Source: an uncultured bacterium
GTDB lineage: Bacteria > Acidobacteriota > Thermoanaerobaculia > Multivoradales > JAHZIX01
Reading direction: 5' to 3'
Length of the DNA: 64,000 bases
Assembly (NCBI GenBank): GCA_965368975.1
Contig: CBDUPA010000003.1
Location: 224,001 to 288,000, forward strand
The notes under the pieces were generated by a model, which worked only from the letters and a program-made list of their open reading frames with translations, made no database searches and was not told the DNA's origin. The translations under genes were made by a program, and so were the position numbers. Each line of letters opens with the position of its first letter. The stretch's first letter is position 1. Shown piece by piece: positions 1 to 9,909 of the stretch.

Positions 1-720
1 AGTCTTGCGACAGGGAGGACCTTGATCGACAAGAATGTCGTGATCAGTGCCGGTCCGACCCACGAACCGGTCGACTCGGTACGCTATCTGGGCAACCACT
101 CGAGCGGCAAGATGGGCTTTGCGCTCGCCGCGGAAGCCGCCCGCCGTGGTGCGCGTGTGCAACTCGTGGCCGGACCTACGGCACTGCCGACTCCCGAGGG
201 GGTCGAGCGCATCGACGTCACCACCGCGCTGCAGATGCAGCAGGCCGTGCACGATGCGGTCGAGGCCGCCGACCTGGTGATCATGTCGGCGGCCGTGGCC
301 GACTTCCGCCCTGCACGACCGGCTGATCGTAAGCTGAAGAAGGAAGAGGGCGTGCCGCAGATCGAGCTGCAGCAGAACCCGGACATCCTGGCGGGGCTGG
401 CGGATGTCGCGCCGCAGGCCGTGCGCGTCGGCTTCGCCGCGGAAACGAACGACCTGGAGTCCAATGCGCTCAGCAAGCTGGAGCGCAAGCGGGCTCACAT
501 GGTGGTGGCCAACGACGTTTCCCGCCAGGACATCGGCTTCAGTCACGACTCCAACGAAGTGATCGTCTATCGCCGCGATGGCGAGCCGGTGTTTCTTTCC
601 CGGCGTCCCAAGACCGAACTCGCCGAGGCCTTGCTGGACCTGTTCGCCGAGGTCCTCGAAGCTCATCAAACCGGGGCCCGAGACCCGGGCGCCTCGGCAG
701 AGGCCGGTCGGGAGGCCTGA
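1..720 (+). CDS. coaBC: Bifunctional CoaBC, C-terminal phosphopantothenate-cysteine ligase domain (5' truncated by window edge)
   Basis: Motifs ISAGPTHEPVDSVRYLGNHSSGKMG, MSAAVADF, KLKK, VGFAAET, VANDV; frame is open back to base 1. Confidence 0.93.
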   Translation, partial: SLATGRTLIDKNVVISAGPTHEPVDSVRYLGNHSSGKMGFALAAEAARRGARVQLVAGPTALPTPEGVERIDVTTALQMQQAVHDAVEAADLVIMSAAVADFRPARPADRKLKKEEGVPQIELQQNPDILAGLADVAPQAVRVGFAAETNDLESNALSKLERKRAHMVVANDVSRQDIGFSHDSNEVIVYRRDGEPVFLSRRPKTELAEALLDLFAEVLEAHQTGARDPGASAEAGREA

Positions 721-724
721 GTCG

Positions 725-1579
725 ATGCCGGATCCTCGGCAAGCTGTGAAGCTGGATAGGGCACAAGCCGAGCTGACGCTCTACCTGCGAGATCTGGGTT
801 TCGGCGAGCTGTACTTGCGTGGTGGAGATCCGGGCGCGGGGCCTGCTCGTGCAGAGGCTGCTGCGTCAGAGTTCACCCCATCCAGGCCGACCCTATCGAA
901 GCCGAGATCCTCGCATCCTGGAAGCCCTGAGCCTATCCACATCGAACCTGTCCATCCTGGCTCCGTCAACTCTGAGCCGGTCCACGCGGAATCACCACGA
1001 CCGGTCGCCTCGACGCCGGCGCAGCGCGCCGAACAGCTCCTCGTCTGCGCTGCGGAGGCCGGTGGTTGCACGCGTTGCCGTCTGGCCGAGGGACGTAACC
1101 GGGTGGTCTTCGGTGTCGGGGATCCGAATGCCGATCTCATGTTCATCGGCGAAGGCCCCGGAGCTGACGAGGACCGCCAGGGCGAGCCGTTCGTCGGCCG
1201 TGCTGGCCAGTTGCTCGACCGCATCATCCAGGCGATCGAGATGCAGCGCGAGCAGGTTTACATTGCCAACATCGTCAAATGCCGGCCACCACGCAACCGT
1301 GACCCGCAGGCCGACGAGGTCGAAGCCTGCATAGGCTATCTGCAGCGCCAGATCGACCTGGTGCGGCCGAAGGTCCTTGTGCTGCTCGGTAAGGTGGCTG
1401 CGCAGACGCTGCTCGGCACGGACTTGACGCTCGGCCGCATGCGCGGCCGCTGGTGGCAGGTGCGCGGCGTCGAGACCCGTGTCACGTACCACCCGGCGGC
1501 GCTGCTGCGCAACGACCAGTTCAAGCGCCCGACCTGGGAAGACATGCAATTGGTGCGCGATCGCCTGAGGACTGAGTAG
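725..1579 (+). CDS. Family 4 uracil-DNA glycosylase with Pro/His-rich N-terminal linker
   Basis: CTRCRL Fe-S ligands, [29 protein letters not shown]; ATG at 725, 4 nt after the coaBC stop. Confidence 0.92.
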   Translation: MPDPRQAVKLDRAQAELTLYLRDLGFGELYLRGGDPGAGPARAEAAASEFTPSRPTLSKPRSSHPGSPEPIHIEPVHPGSVNSEPVHAESPRPVASTPAQRAEQLLVCAAEAGGCTRCRLAEGRNRVVFGVGDPNADLMFIGEGPGADEDRQGEPFVGRAGQLLDRIIQAIEMQREQVYIANIVKCRPPRNRDPQADEVEACIGYLQRQIDLVRPKVLVLLGKVAAQTLLGTDLTLGRMRGRWWQVRGVETRVTYHPAALLRNDQFKRPTWEDMQLVRDRLRTE

Positions 1580-1608
1580 GGCGGGGCCTCCTGCCAGGAC
1601 GCAACGTC

Positions 1609-3129
1609 ATGGCCTGGCCGGCCTCGTTTCTGGATCGTCTCGAGCGCCGTTTGGCAGGTCTCGACGGGCCTTTGATTCAGGTGTGGAGTCGACCCGGTTC
1701 GGGTGCCCGCCTGCTGCTCGATGCGCTGCAGCCGCGCGTCCACGAGATCCCTCCCGCCGTGCTCACGCGTCCCGACGCCTTCGCGGCTGCCCTGACCGAG
1801 GCAGAGGCGCTGGAGCGACCCTGGCTACTGTGTACGGGCATTCCCGCTGCTGGCGATGTGGCACCCGCGATGGCACAGTTGACCAGCCGGCAGCGCTTGG
1901 TGCTCTTCACCCACCGGCGCCTGGAACTCGACCTCCCGCCTTCGAGCGGCATGAGTTGGTTGACGCCTCGAGACTGGCACCTGACGCCGGCCGAGGTGGT
2001 GGAGTTCTGGCGCGCGGCACGGGGTGTCGAGCTGAGTGAATCCGCGGCTCTGTCGCTGGCGCACGCCAGTGACGGCTGGCTACGCCTCCTGGAGCTGGCC
2101 GCCGACGGCAACTTCGACGTCTCGGCGGATCAGGCCCGTGACACAGAGCGTTTGCGCGCCCTGCCCGCGGTCCGAGCCTTTCTCGAGGTCACGGCTTCTC
2201 TGGGCTCGGACCTGCCGGACGAACCTGGCTCTCTGAGCGATGCCGGCGAGAGTGCGGGGTATGGCAGCAACGCTTGGGAGGCTGTGGAGCTGGCTGTGGA
2301 ACTGGCCGTGGACGTTCAGGGCTCGGGGGAGCCGGATTACCGAGTCCGCTTGTTTGGTCTGCCCACCGTCGAGCGCCGCGTCGCTCCCGGACGCTACACC
2401 GAGGTCGATTTCACCCTGCGCCGCTGTTTCAAGCTCCTGCTCTACCTGGCGGCAGCGCCCGACCACCGCGTGGGCAAGGAAGAACTGGTCGAGGTGCTGT
2501 GGTCGGAGGACGAAGCCGAGTCGGTGCAACGCAACTTTCATCCCACGCTCAGTCACCTGCGCCGGGATCTCGGTGGCACCGGTTCGAGTTCTCCGGGGGC
2601 GGCGCGCAATCCGATTGTCTTCCGAAATCGCTCGTACCAGCTCAACCCGGACTTACACTGGGAGATCGACGTCGACCTCTTCGAAGCCCAGGCGCTGGAG
2701 GCGGCGCGCTGCCTACAGGAGGCGAACCTGCCGGGGCGCCGCGACAGCGATCTGCAGGCTGCCGTGGCAGCCGGGCAGCGAGCCTGGAAGCTCTACCGCG
2801 GGCCCTTTCTCGATGGTCAATACGACGCTTGGACCCACAGCCGCCGGGACGATCTGCAGCGCACCCACCTGCGTTTGCTGCGTGATCTGGGCGATATGTA
2901 CGTGCGTCTCGGCCGTCCCGTCGATGCCCTCGATGCGTACCGCGCGGTGATCACCGAAGACCCGATGGAAGAGAGCGTCCAGGTCGCCATCCTGCGTCTC
3001 TACGCGGCGCAGGGTCGCCGTGACCTGGTGCGGCGGCAGTACGACAAGCTCTGCACCCTGTTGCTCAACGAGCTGGGCGTCGAGCCCCTGCCGGAGACCA
3101 CGGCCGAATACCATCGCCTGATGGCGTGA
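1609..3129 (+). CDS. SARP-like transcriptional regulator (winged helix + BTAD domain)
   Basis: LLLYLA...KEELVEVLW...LSHLRRDL wHTH, DVDLFE, LYRGPFL, and C-terminal ELGVEPLPET typical of BTAD. Confidence 0.82.
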   Translation: MAWPASFLDRLERRLAGLDGPLIQVWSRPGSGARLLLDALQPRVHEIPPAVLTRPDAFAAALTEAEALERPWLLCTGIPAAGDVAPAMAQLTSRQRLVLFTHRRLELDLPPSSGMSWLTPRDWHLTPAEVVEFWRAARGVELSESAALSLAHASDGWLRLLELAADGNFDVSADQARDTERLRALPAVRAFLEVTASLGSDLPDEPGSLSDAGESAGYGSNAWEAVELAVELAVDVQGSGEPDYRVRLFGLPTVERRVAPGRYTEVDFTLRRCFKLLLYLAAAPDHRVGKEELVEVLWSEDEAESVQRNFHPTLSHLRRDLGGTGSSSPGAARNPIVFRNRSYQLNPDLHWEIDVDLFEAQALEAARCLQEANLPGRRDSDLQAAVAAGQRAWKLYRGPFLDGQYDAWTHSRRDDLQRTHLRLLRDLGDMYVRLGRPVDALDAYRAVITEDPMEESVQVAILRLYAAQGRRDLVRRQYDKLCTLLLNELGVEPLPETTAEYHRLMA

Positions 3130-3205
3130 GCGGTGCTCTCGACGGGTGGGCGGGGCCTTCTTCTGGATGGCGTCCATCGTGCCAGCGGGGTACAATCTCC
3201 TCGTT

Positions 3206-4216
3206 GTGAGTTCGACCGCCGTCGCCCCCGCGCCCTCCCCAGCTGCTCTTCCGTCCTCGCAGGCGAACACGCCGGAGCCGGAGGTGTCTGTGCTGGTCCC
3301 TGTCCTCGACGAAGAAGGAACCGTCGAGGACCTGGCACAGCGCGTGGCGGCGGTGCTGGACGGCCTCGGGCACAGCTTCGAAGTCCTGTTCATTGATGAT
3401 GGTTCGCGGGACGCCACCGTGGCACGGATCCACGCCGCGCATGAGCGCGACGAACGCGTCAAGCTGGTGCAGCTGCGCCGCAACTTCGGCAAGGCCGCGG
3501 CGCTGTCAGCCGGCTTCGAGCACAGCCGTGGACGCCTGATCTTCACCATGGACGGCGATCTGCAGGACGATCCGGACGAGATCCCACGTTTCCTCGAGAC
3601 GCTGGAGGAGCAGGATCTGGACCTGGTTTCCGGCTGGAAGCACCAGCGCCGCGACCCGATCTCCAAGCGGTATCCGTCCAAGGTCTTCAATTTCGTCACC
3701 CGCCGGCTGGCGGGCGTCGATCTGCACGACTTCAACTGCGGCTTCAAGCTCTATCGGCGCGAAGTACTGGAGCAGATCGCCATCTACGGTGAGCTGCACC
3801 GTTACATTCCCGTGTTGGCCAGCCACAAGGGTTTCCGCGTCGGCGAGCTGGCCGTCAACCACCATCCGCGCCGGCACGGCGTCAGCAAGTACGGCTGGGA
3901 TCGTTTCCTGAAGGGGCCGCTCGACCTGCTGACCGTCCTCTTTGTCACCCGCTACATGCGCCGGCCGCTGCATCTCTTCGGTGCCGTCGGTGGCCTGTGC
4001 CTGGGGCTTGGTTTCCTGGTCAACGCCTACCTGGCGGTGCTCTGGTTGTTCGGCGAGTCGCTGTCCAACCGGCCGTTGCTGCTCTTCGGCGTCTTGCTGA
4101 TGGTGATCGGCCTGCAGATCCTGACGACCGGTCTGCTCGGCGAGATGATCACGCACAAGGGCTTTCGCCGGGCGGATAGCTACTCGATCAAAGACACGGT
4201 CGGTCTCGCGGACTGA
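3206..4216 (+). CDS. GT2 glycosyltransferase, polyprenol-phosphate glycosyltransferase (DPM/ArnC-like)
   Basis: IDDGSRD, RNFGKAAAL, MDGDLQDDP, DFNCGFK, HRYIP, two C-terminal TM helices; GTG 3206 chosen because a TACAAT box lies at 3191-3196. Confidence 0.88.
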   Translation: MSSTAVAPAPSPAALPSSQANTPEPEVSVLVPVLDEEGTVEDLAQRVAAVLDGLGHSFEVLFIDDGSRDATVARIHAAHERDERVKLVQLRRNFGKAAALSAGFEHSRGRLIFTMDGDLQDDPDEIPRFLETLEEQDLDLVSGWKHQRRDPISKRYPSKVFNFVTRRLAGVDLHDFNCGFKLYRREVLEQIAIYGELHRYIPVLASHKGFRVGELAVNHHPRRHGVSKYGWDRFLKGPLDLLTVLFVTRYMRRPLHLFGAVGGLCLGLGFLVNAYLAVLWLFGESLSNRPLLLFGVLLMVIGLQILTTGLLGEMITHKGFRRADSYSIKDTVGLAD

Positions 4217-4228
4217 AGCCGTGCGACC

Positions 4229-5515
4229 TTGCGACTGAGGACGGACGTTCCCCTGAAGCTTCTCTTCCTGACCCAGACCTTCCCGCGCTTTCCCGAGGAC
4301 ACCGCTGGCCCGTTCATCCAAGAACTGGCGCGTGGCTTGGTGCGCGGCGGCGACGAGGTCTGCGTGCTGGCGCCGCATGCGCCAGAGGTGCCGGCTGCTT
4401 GGGAGGTCGATGGCGTGGAGGTACGCACCTTTCGCTATGCGCCCGAGTCGCTGGAACTGGTCGGCTACAGCCGCAGCCTGGATCGCGACGAGAGCCTCAA
4501 GTTCGGCGCCGTGCTGTCGACGCCGCTCTACTTCCTGGGCGCCCTGCGGGCGGTGCGCCGCCTGTGCAAGCAGCGACACTTCGACCTGGTGCAAGCGCAC
4601 TGGGTCGTGCCCAACGCCCTGATCACCGCGCCGCTGCTCGGTTCCTGGTTTGGGGGGCGCGATGCCCGAGCCCGCAATGTACCCGCCTTGGCTGTCGGCC
4701 TGCACGGTAGCGACGTCTTCTTGGCCGAGAAGCCCGGCGTGCGCACGGCCGTCGGTTGGGCGCTGCGCCGCTCGCAGGTGCTCACCGGCTGCTCACCAGA
4801 ACTCGTCGACCGCGTCGCGGCACTCGGCTTCCCGCGCGACGCCGCCGCGGTGATCCCCTACGGTGTCGATGTCGAGGTCTTTCGTCCGAACGCCGGAGAC
4901 GCAGGTGCGGCAGAGTGGCGGCGCAAGCTGGGCATCGACGACGGCGCGCCGTTGGTGCTGACCGTCGGCCGCATGGCAACCAAGAAGGGCTTCCAAGTGC
5001 TGCTGCCGCAGCTCGAAGCCTTGCTGCGGGCGCACCCGGCGGCCCACTGCGTGTTCGCCGGAGCCGGCGACCGGCTGCGAGAGTTCCAGGACATCGCCGG
5101 CCGGCTCGACGCCTCGGAGCGCGTCCATTTCCCCGGCGCCGTCTACCGCGACACTCTGCCCGACCTGTACCGCGCTGCCGACCTCTTTGTCCTACCCGCC
5201 GTGCACGATGTTGCCAGCAATGTCGACGGCCTGCCCAACGTGATTCTCGAAGCCATGGCCAGCGGCCTACCGGTCATCGCCTCGCGTCTCTCGGGCATCC
5301 CCTTGGCGGTGGAGGATGGGGTCACGGGCCGGCTGGTGCCCGAGCAAAACGGTGAAGCCTTGCGCCAGGCGCTCGACGACCTGCTCGGCGACCTCCAGCG
5401 TTGCCGCCTCTGGGGCGCCGCCGGTCGGCGCAAGGCCGAAGCCGAACTCACTTGGGACGCTGTCGCGGCGCACTACCGCGCGGCCTACCGGCGGGGAATC
5501 GAGATGCGATCTTGA
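4229..5515 (+). CDS. GT4 (GT-B fold) glycosyltransferase
   Basis: HGSDV, IPYGVD, VGRMATKKG, DGLPNVILEAMASGLPVIAS. Confidence 0.9.
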   Translation: MRLRTDVPLKLLFLTQTFPRFPEDTAGPFIQELARGLVRGGDEVCVLAPHAPEVPAAWEVDGVEVRTFRYAPESLELVGYSRSLDRDESLKFGAVLSTPLYFLGALRAVRRLCKQRHFDLVQAHWVVPNALITAPLLGSWFGGRDARARNVPALAVGLHGSDVFLAEKPGVRTAVGWALRRSQVLTGCSPELVDRVAALGFPRDAAAVIPYGVDVEVFRPNAGDAGAAEWRRKLGIDDGAPLVLTVGRMATKKGFQVLLPQLEALLRAHPAAHCVFAGAGDRLREFQDIAGRLDASERVHFPGAVYRDTLPDLYRAADLFVLPAVHDVASNVDGLPNVILEAMASGLPVIASRLSGIPLAVEDGVTGRLVPEQNGEALRQALDDLLGDLQRCRLWGAAGRRKAEAELTWDAVAAHYRAAYRRGIEMRS

Positions 5516-6708
5516 TGTCCGCCGAGACGGCTGCTCACGGGAACTGGGTGCACGACCTGGAATGCTCGCGCACCGGCACCCGGGCGCCCATCGATCAACC
5601 TGCCTTCTTGTCGCCCGCCGGCGCGCCGTGGCTGGTGCGCTACCTGCTCGATGCCGAGCGGGGTCGTCAGCTGCGCCGGGCGCTGGTCCAGGACAACCGC
5701 CCGTGGACCCTGTGGCGCTACCGGGAGCTCCTGCCGCTAGGTGACTTCGATGCGCGCGTCGATCTCGGCGAGGGAGGCACGCCGCTGGTTGCCTTGCGCC
5801 GCGTTGCGCCGGCGGGCGTACAGGCCTGGTGGAAGCAGGAGGGCAACAATCCCACCGGCTCGTTCAAGGCGCGCGGCCTGAGCCTGGCAGTCAACCGGGC
5901 GCGCGAGCTGGGCGCACCAGGCGTTGAGCTGGCAAGCGCCGGAAATGCTGCGCTGGCGCTGTGTGCCTATGCCGTCAGTGCCGGCTTGCCGAGCCGCGTA
6001 GCCTTACCCGAGGACACGCCGCGTACCGTCTTCGAGCGCTGTAAGGCGCTCGGGGCCGAAGTACTGAGCGGTCACGGGACCTTGGTCGAGGCCGCCGCTC
6101 GCCTCCAGGAGCGAGATCTCGGCTACTGGAACCTGTCGACGTTGCGCGAGCCCTACCGTGTCGAAGGCAAGAAGACCATGGGGTTAGAACTCTTCGAGCA
6201 GTTCGGCTGCCTGCAGCCTGGGGGGCAGCTGCCGGACTGGATTGTCTACCCGACCGGTGGAGGCACCGGCATTGTCGGCATGCACAAAGCTTTCGACGAA
6301 CTCGAAGCGCTCGGCTTGCTCGACCCCGGGCGTCCGCGGCCACGCTTTGCCGTCGTCCAGACGGCTGGCTGCGCACCGTTGGTCGAGGCATGGAAGGCTG
6401 GGCGAGAGAGCGCCGAGCCATGGCCGGACCCGCGGCGTACCGACGCCTGGGGTCTGCGCGTGCCCAAAGCCTCGGGCGACTTCCTGGTGCTCCGAGCCCT
6501 GCGCGATACCGATGGTGTCGCGATCGCGATCGAAGAAGCTCGGATGCGCGAAACGATGCAGCGGGTCGCCCGCGCGGAAGGTCTGTTCGTCAGCCCCGAA
6601 GGCGCGGCCTGCCTGGCCGCCCTGGAGGACCTGGTCGCCAGCGGCGAAATCCGCCCCGACCACCGCGTGGTGCTTTTTCAAACTGGGGATCCGGCGAACT
6701 ATCGCTGA
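5515..6708 (+). CDS. thrC: Threonine synthase-like PLP enzyme
   Basis: LWRYRELLP, GEGGTPL, NPTGSFKARG (PLP Lys), SAGNA, EGKKTMG, PTGGGTG; ATG overlaps GT4 stop (TGATG). Confidence 0.85.
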   Translation: MSAETAAHGNWVHDLECSRTGTRAPIDQPAFLSPAGAPWLVRYLLDAERGRQLRRALVQDNRPWTLWRYRELLPLGDFDARVDLGEGGTPLVALRRVAPAGVQAWWKQEGNNPTGSFKARGLSLAVNRARELGAPGVELASAGNAALALCAYAVSAGLPSRVALPEDTPRTVFERCKALGAEVLSGHGTLVEAAARLQERDLGYWNLSTLREPYRVEGKKTMGLELFEQFGCLQPGGQLPDWIVYPTGGGTGIVGMHKAFDELEALGLLDPGRPRPRFAVVQTAGCAPLVEAWKAGRESAEPWPDPRRTDAWGLRVPKASGDFLVLRALRDTDGVAIAIEEARMRETMQRVARAEGLFVSPEGAACLAALEDLVASGEIRPDHRVVLFQTGDPANYR

Positions 6709-6778
6709 CGCGTCCGTCTCACATCAGAACCGGTCGTTCGAGCCGGACCCTACGCTGACCTGCTGGGAGGAGAAGGAA

Positions 6779-8068
6779 ATGATTCGACGCTCGCTGTCCT
6801 GGTGCTGTCTGTCCGCGTTAGCTGTTCTGCTGTTGCCGACCGCCGGCCACGCGCAGCTGTCCAAGCGAGACATCCTGGAGATGGCTGCTGCCGGCGAGCC
6901 GACCGCCCGCATCGTGGCGCGTGTCCAAGAAGAGTGCGTCGACTTCGAAGTCGATGCGTTGACCATCGCTGACCTGTCTGATGCTCTGCCCCGCGAGGTG
7001 CTGGAGGTGGTCGCCAGCTGTCGCGAGACCAAGCAGAGCAGTTTGCATTGCCGTCTCTATCGTGCTGCCTCTGTCGACGACGAGCTTCAGGGTTTCCCGT
7101 TCGTCATTCGCAAGATCCGCCACGGCGAAGTCACGGTGGATGTCATGGATCGCCGACCGTGGATTGAGGAGCGGACTAGCGGCCCCTTCGACATCCGCGG
7201 CATCGCCCGCGAGATGCAGAATTGGGATGCGCACGAGGTCTTGCTGCGGGAGCGACTGGAAGCGGTGAGCGGTCTGCGTGATCTCTATATCGAGTTCGAA
7301 AGCCTCCTCGACACCGAAGAGCTAACCGCTCGCCAATTGCGCGCTGTGCTCGACGTGTGCGCCGAAGACAGCGGCGAGCCCGCCGGCGTTCCGTTGCTGG
7401 TGGACAGTACACCCGAAGGCGCCGCCGTCGTCGTCGACGGGATTCCGTTCGGCCAGACGCCGCTGCAAGCTTCGGTGCCAGAGAAGGAAGTTGAGATCGA
7501 GATCCTGCTTCCCGGTTACAGCGCCTACCGTACGGTTGCCGAGGGTGTCCTGAACCAGCAATTGCGTCTCGACGTCGAACTGGAGGGCAGTGCGCAGAGC
7601 TGCCTGAGTTTCGGCCTCAGCGGTGATGTCGACGGCCAGCTACGTGCACTCAAGGGCAAACTGGAAGGCCAGCGCATCGAACTGGTGGTGCCGCTGGTCG
7701 AGGTGCTGAGTAGCAAGACTAACCTGCGCGTCCCGTCCACCCACGTGGTCGAGGGTCGGCGCATTCTCTTCGAGCCGAGCTCCGGTGACGAATACGTCGA
7801 CCATCCGCACCTGCTGCTGGGCCAGGATCTCGGTGGTTGGGCCTTCGGCGAGACGGCACGGCGTCTGGAGATCCTGGTGCCTGGTCCGGTGACCGTGATC
7901 GAGGTCGACGATGGTCGTCACGGCCTCGAGATCGAGCTGCTGCACGAGAGCGGGGAGAAGACCAAGGTCTACTTCGACTTCGTGCGCGATTTGGACGAGG
8001 TACCAGTGTCCGAGCTGGAAGCCGGGGTGTGCCGGATCTTCGCGGCCCGAGAGGCGCTTGGGCCTTAG
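6779..8068 (+). CDS. Secreted PEGA-domain protein
   Basis: RBS GAAGGA, signal-peptide-like N-terminus ending AGHA, PEGA motif VDSTPEGAAVVVDG..GQTP..LPGY. Confidence 0.7.
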   Translation: MIRRSLSWCCLSALAVLLLPTAGHAQLSKRDILEMAAAGEPTARIVARVQEECVDFEVDALTIADLSDALPREVLEVVASCRETKQSSLHCRLYRAASVDDELQGFPFVIRKIRHGEVTVDVMDRRPWIEERTSGPFDIRGIAREMQNWDAHEVLLRERLEAVSGLRDLYIEFESLLDTEELTARQLRAVLDVCAEDSGEPAGVPLLVDSTPEGAAVVVDGIPFGQTPLQASVPEKEVEIEILLPGYSAYRTVAEGVLNQQLRLDVELEGSAQSCLSFGLSGDVDGQLRALKGKLEGQRIELVVPLVEVLSSKTNLRVPSTHVVEGRRILFEPSSGDEYVDHPHLLLGQDLGGWAFGETARRLEILVPGPVTVIEVDDGRHGLEIELLHESGEKTKVYFDFVRDLDEVPVSELEAGVCRIFAAREALGP

Positions 8069-8085
8069 GCGCTCAGCCCTGGTAG

Positions 8086-8634
8086 TCAGCCTGCGGTGAA
8101 CAGCGGAACGAAGCAGCGCGGCTGGTGGAAGTCCGGCCGCGCACCCGGCACTGGCTGCCAGGCTAGATAGCAGCGCTTGGAACCTGTGCCGTGGATGGCG
8201 TAGACGTTCAAGTGGTGGGGAAGGGGCGGTAGGTAGCTGGCGGGAATCTGTGCGCGGCCGCGCCAGCGGCGAGCTTTGAAGTCGATCTCGGCGTCGAATT
8301 CGAGGGGGAAGCCCTGCGTTGCGACCTTGCGGATGTCCGAGAGCTGCAGCACCAGATAGTGCCCGTGCGGTCCTAGCTCGACTTCCAGGTATGGGATCGC
8401 ACCGTCGCGCTGCGGTGGTCCCGCGATGAAGAGTTCGACGACTTCGAAGTTCCACAGGCCGTCGACGGAGCCAGGAGGATGATCTGGGGCGGGGTCGTTG
8501 TGGAAGGGAGCATCGATCTGGATGTGAAGTCCAGCACCAGGAGCCTGCCTGATGAGGCGCACTATGACCTGCTCCGTAGGTGGAATCGGTTTCCCGTTCC
8601 AGGTAGCAGTGATGACCAGATGAGACTCGTGCAC
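8086..8634 (-). CDS. Hypothetical protein, DOMON/CBM9-like sugar-binding fold
   Basis: LWNFEVVELFI, YLEVELGPHG and PDFH motifs resemble DOMON-like family; TAGGCT box 7 nt before GTG. Confidence 0.6.
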   Translation of the reverse strand: MHESHLVITATWNGKPIPPTEQVIVRLIRQAPGAGLHIQIDAPFHNDPAPDHPPGSVDGLWNFEVVELFIAGPPQRDGAIPYLEVELGPHGHYLVLQLSDIRKVATQGFPLEFDAEIDFKARRWRGRAQIPASYLPPLPHHLNVYAIHGTGSKRCYLAWQPVPGARPDFHQPRCFVPLFTAG

Positions 8635-8676
8635 ATTGGGTAGCCTAGCAGATGCTATACTCCGACCACTCTAGCC

Positions 8677-9909
8677 ATGGACCCTCATCTATCCCTCTAT
8701 CTTCCTATCGCCGCGGCTCCCGGCCTGGATGGTTTGCCGGCGCTGCTGTTCACGGTCTTCGTCGCTCTGTCGATCTCGTTTCTGTGCTCGATCTTGGAGG
8801 CGACGCTGCTCAGCAGCCGCATCCCGAGCCTCACCGCGCGGCGCGACGAAGGTGACGTCGGCGCAGAGATCTTGCTCGGACTCAAGCAAGAGAACGTCGA
8901 CGACGCGATCAGCGCCATCCTGACGCTCAACACCATCGCTCACACCATCGGTGCGGCAGTCGCGGGTGCCCAGGCGGCCGTGGTCTTCGGTGACGCCTGG
9001 GTGGGCGTCTTTTCCGGGATCTTGACCGTCCTCGTGCTGGTGGTCACGGAGATCATTCCGAAGACCATCGGAACCGTCTACGCGTCGGCCCTGGTGGGTT
9101 TCGTAGGACGCACGATCCGTGTGTTGATCGTGCTGCTGAAGCCGATTCTCTTCCTCACGGGGCTGGTCACGCGCGCGGTCGCCCATGGTGCCGAGGCGCG
9201 CGGAGTCTCGCGCTCGGAGGTGGCGGCTCTGGTGACGTTGGCGGCGGAGGAGGGGGCGCTGCAGTCGCACGAGACTCGGATGTTGGAGAGCGTGCTCAGC
9301 TACGAGTCGATCCTGGTGCAGGACGTCATGACGCCGCGGACGGTGGTGACCATGCTGGCCGCGGACACGCCGATCGGCGAATTGCTACAGGCGGACAAGC
9401 CGCTGCCGTTCTCGCGTCTGCCGCTGTTCGAGAGTACGCGCGACAATGTGATCGGCTACGTTCTGCAACGCGAGGTGCTCTGGCACGCCGCCTGTGATCT
9501 CGATCCTCAAACACCGGTGCGCGAGCTGATGCGTCCGCTGGGCTACATTCCGGAGACCGACTCAGTAGCCCGTGTGTTGCGCTCGTTGATCGAGGCCAAG
9601 GCGCACATGGCCGTGGTCGGCGACGAGTTCGGCGGTGCGGTGGGAGTTGTGACGCTGGAGGATCTGGTCGAGACGGTACTGGGGATCGAGATCATCGACG
9701 AGAGTGATGAGGTGGTCGATCTGCGCGAGGTGGCGAAGCAGTTGCGGGTGAAGCGTCTGCAGGAGCGTGGCCTGCAGTGGCAGGCGGACGAGGCGGCTCG
9801 GGTGGCGCAGGAGAAGGCTGACTTGTTGGAGAGCTCTCAAGAGGAAGAGCGGAAGTCGGAGCCGGCTGTTGTACAGACGGGCGCTCCGGAGCCAAGGCCG
9901 GAAGAGTAA
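8677..9909 (+). CDS. CNNM/CorC-HlyC family membrane protein (DUF21 + CBS pair)
   Basis: SFLCSILEA, ILTLNTIA, EIIPKTIG, VMTPR, FSRLP, DEFGG, TLEDLVE. Confidence 0.9.
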   Translation: MDPHLSLYLPIAAAPGLDGLPALLFTVFVALSISFLCSILEATLLSSRIPSLTARRDEGDVGAEILLGLKQENVDDAISAILTLNTIAHTIGAAVAGAQAAVVFGDAWVGVFSGILTVLVLVVTEIIPKTIGTVYASALVGFVGRTIRVLIVLLKPILFLTGLVTRAVAHGAEARGVSRSEVAALVTLAAEEGALQSHETRMLESVLSYESILVQDVMTPRTVVTMLAADTPIGELLQADKPLPFSRLPLFESTRDNVIGYVLQREVLWHAACDLDPQTPVRELMRPLGYIPETDSVARVLRSLIEAKAHMAVVGDEFGGAVGVVTLEDLVETVLGIEIIDESDEVVDLREVAKQLRVKRLQERGLQWQADEAARVAQEKADLLESSQEEERKSEPAVVQTGAPEPRPEE

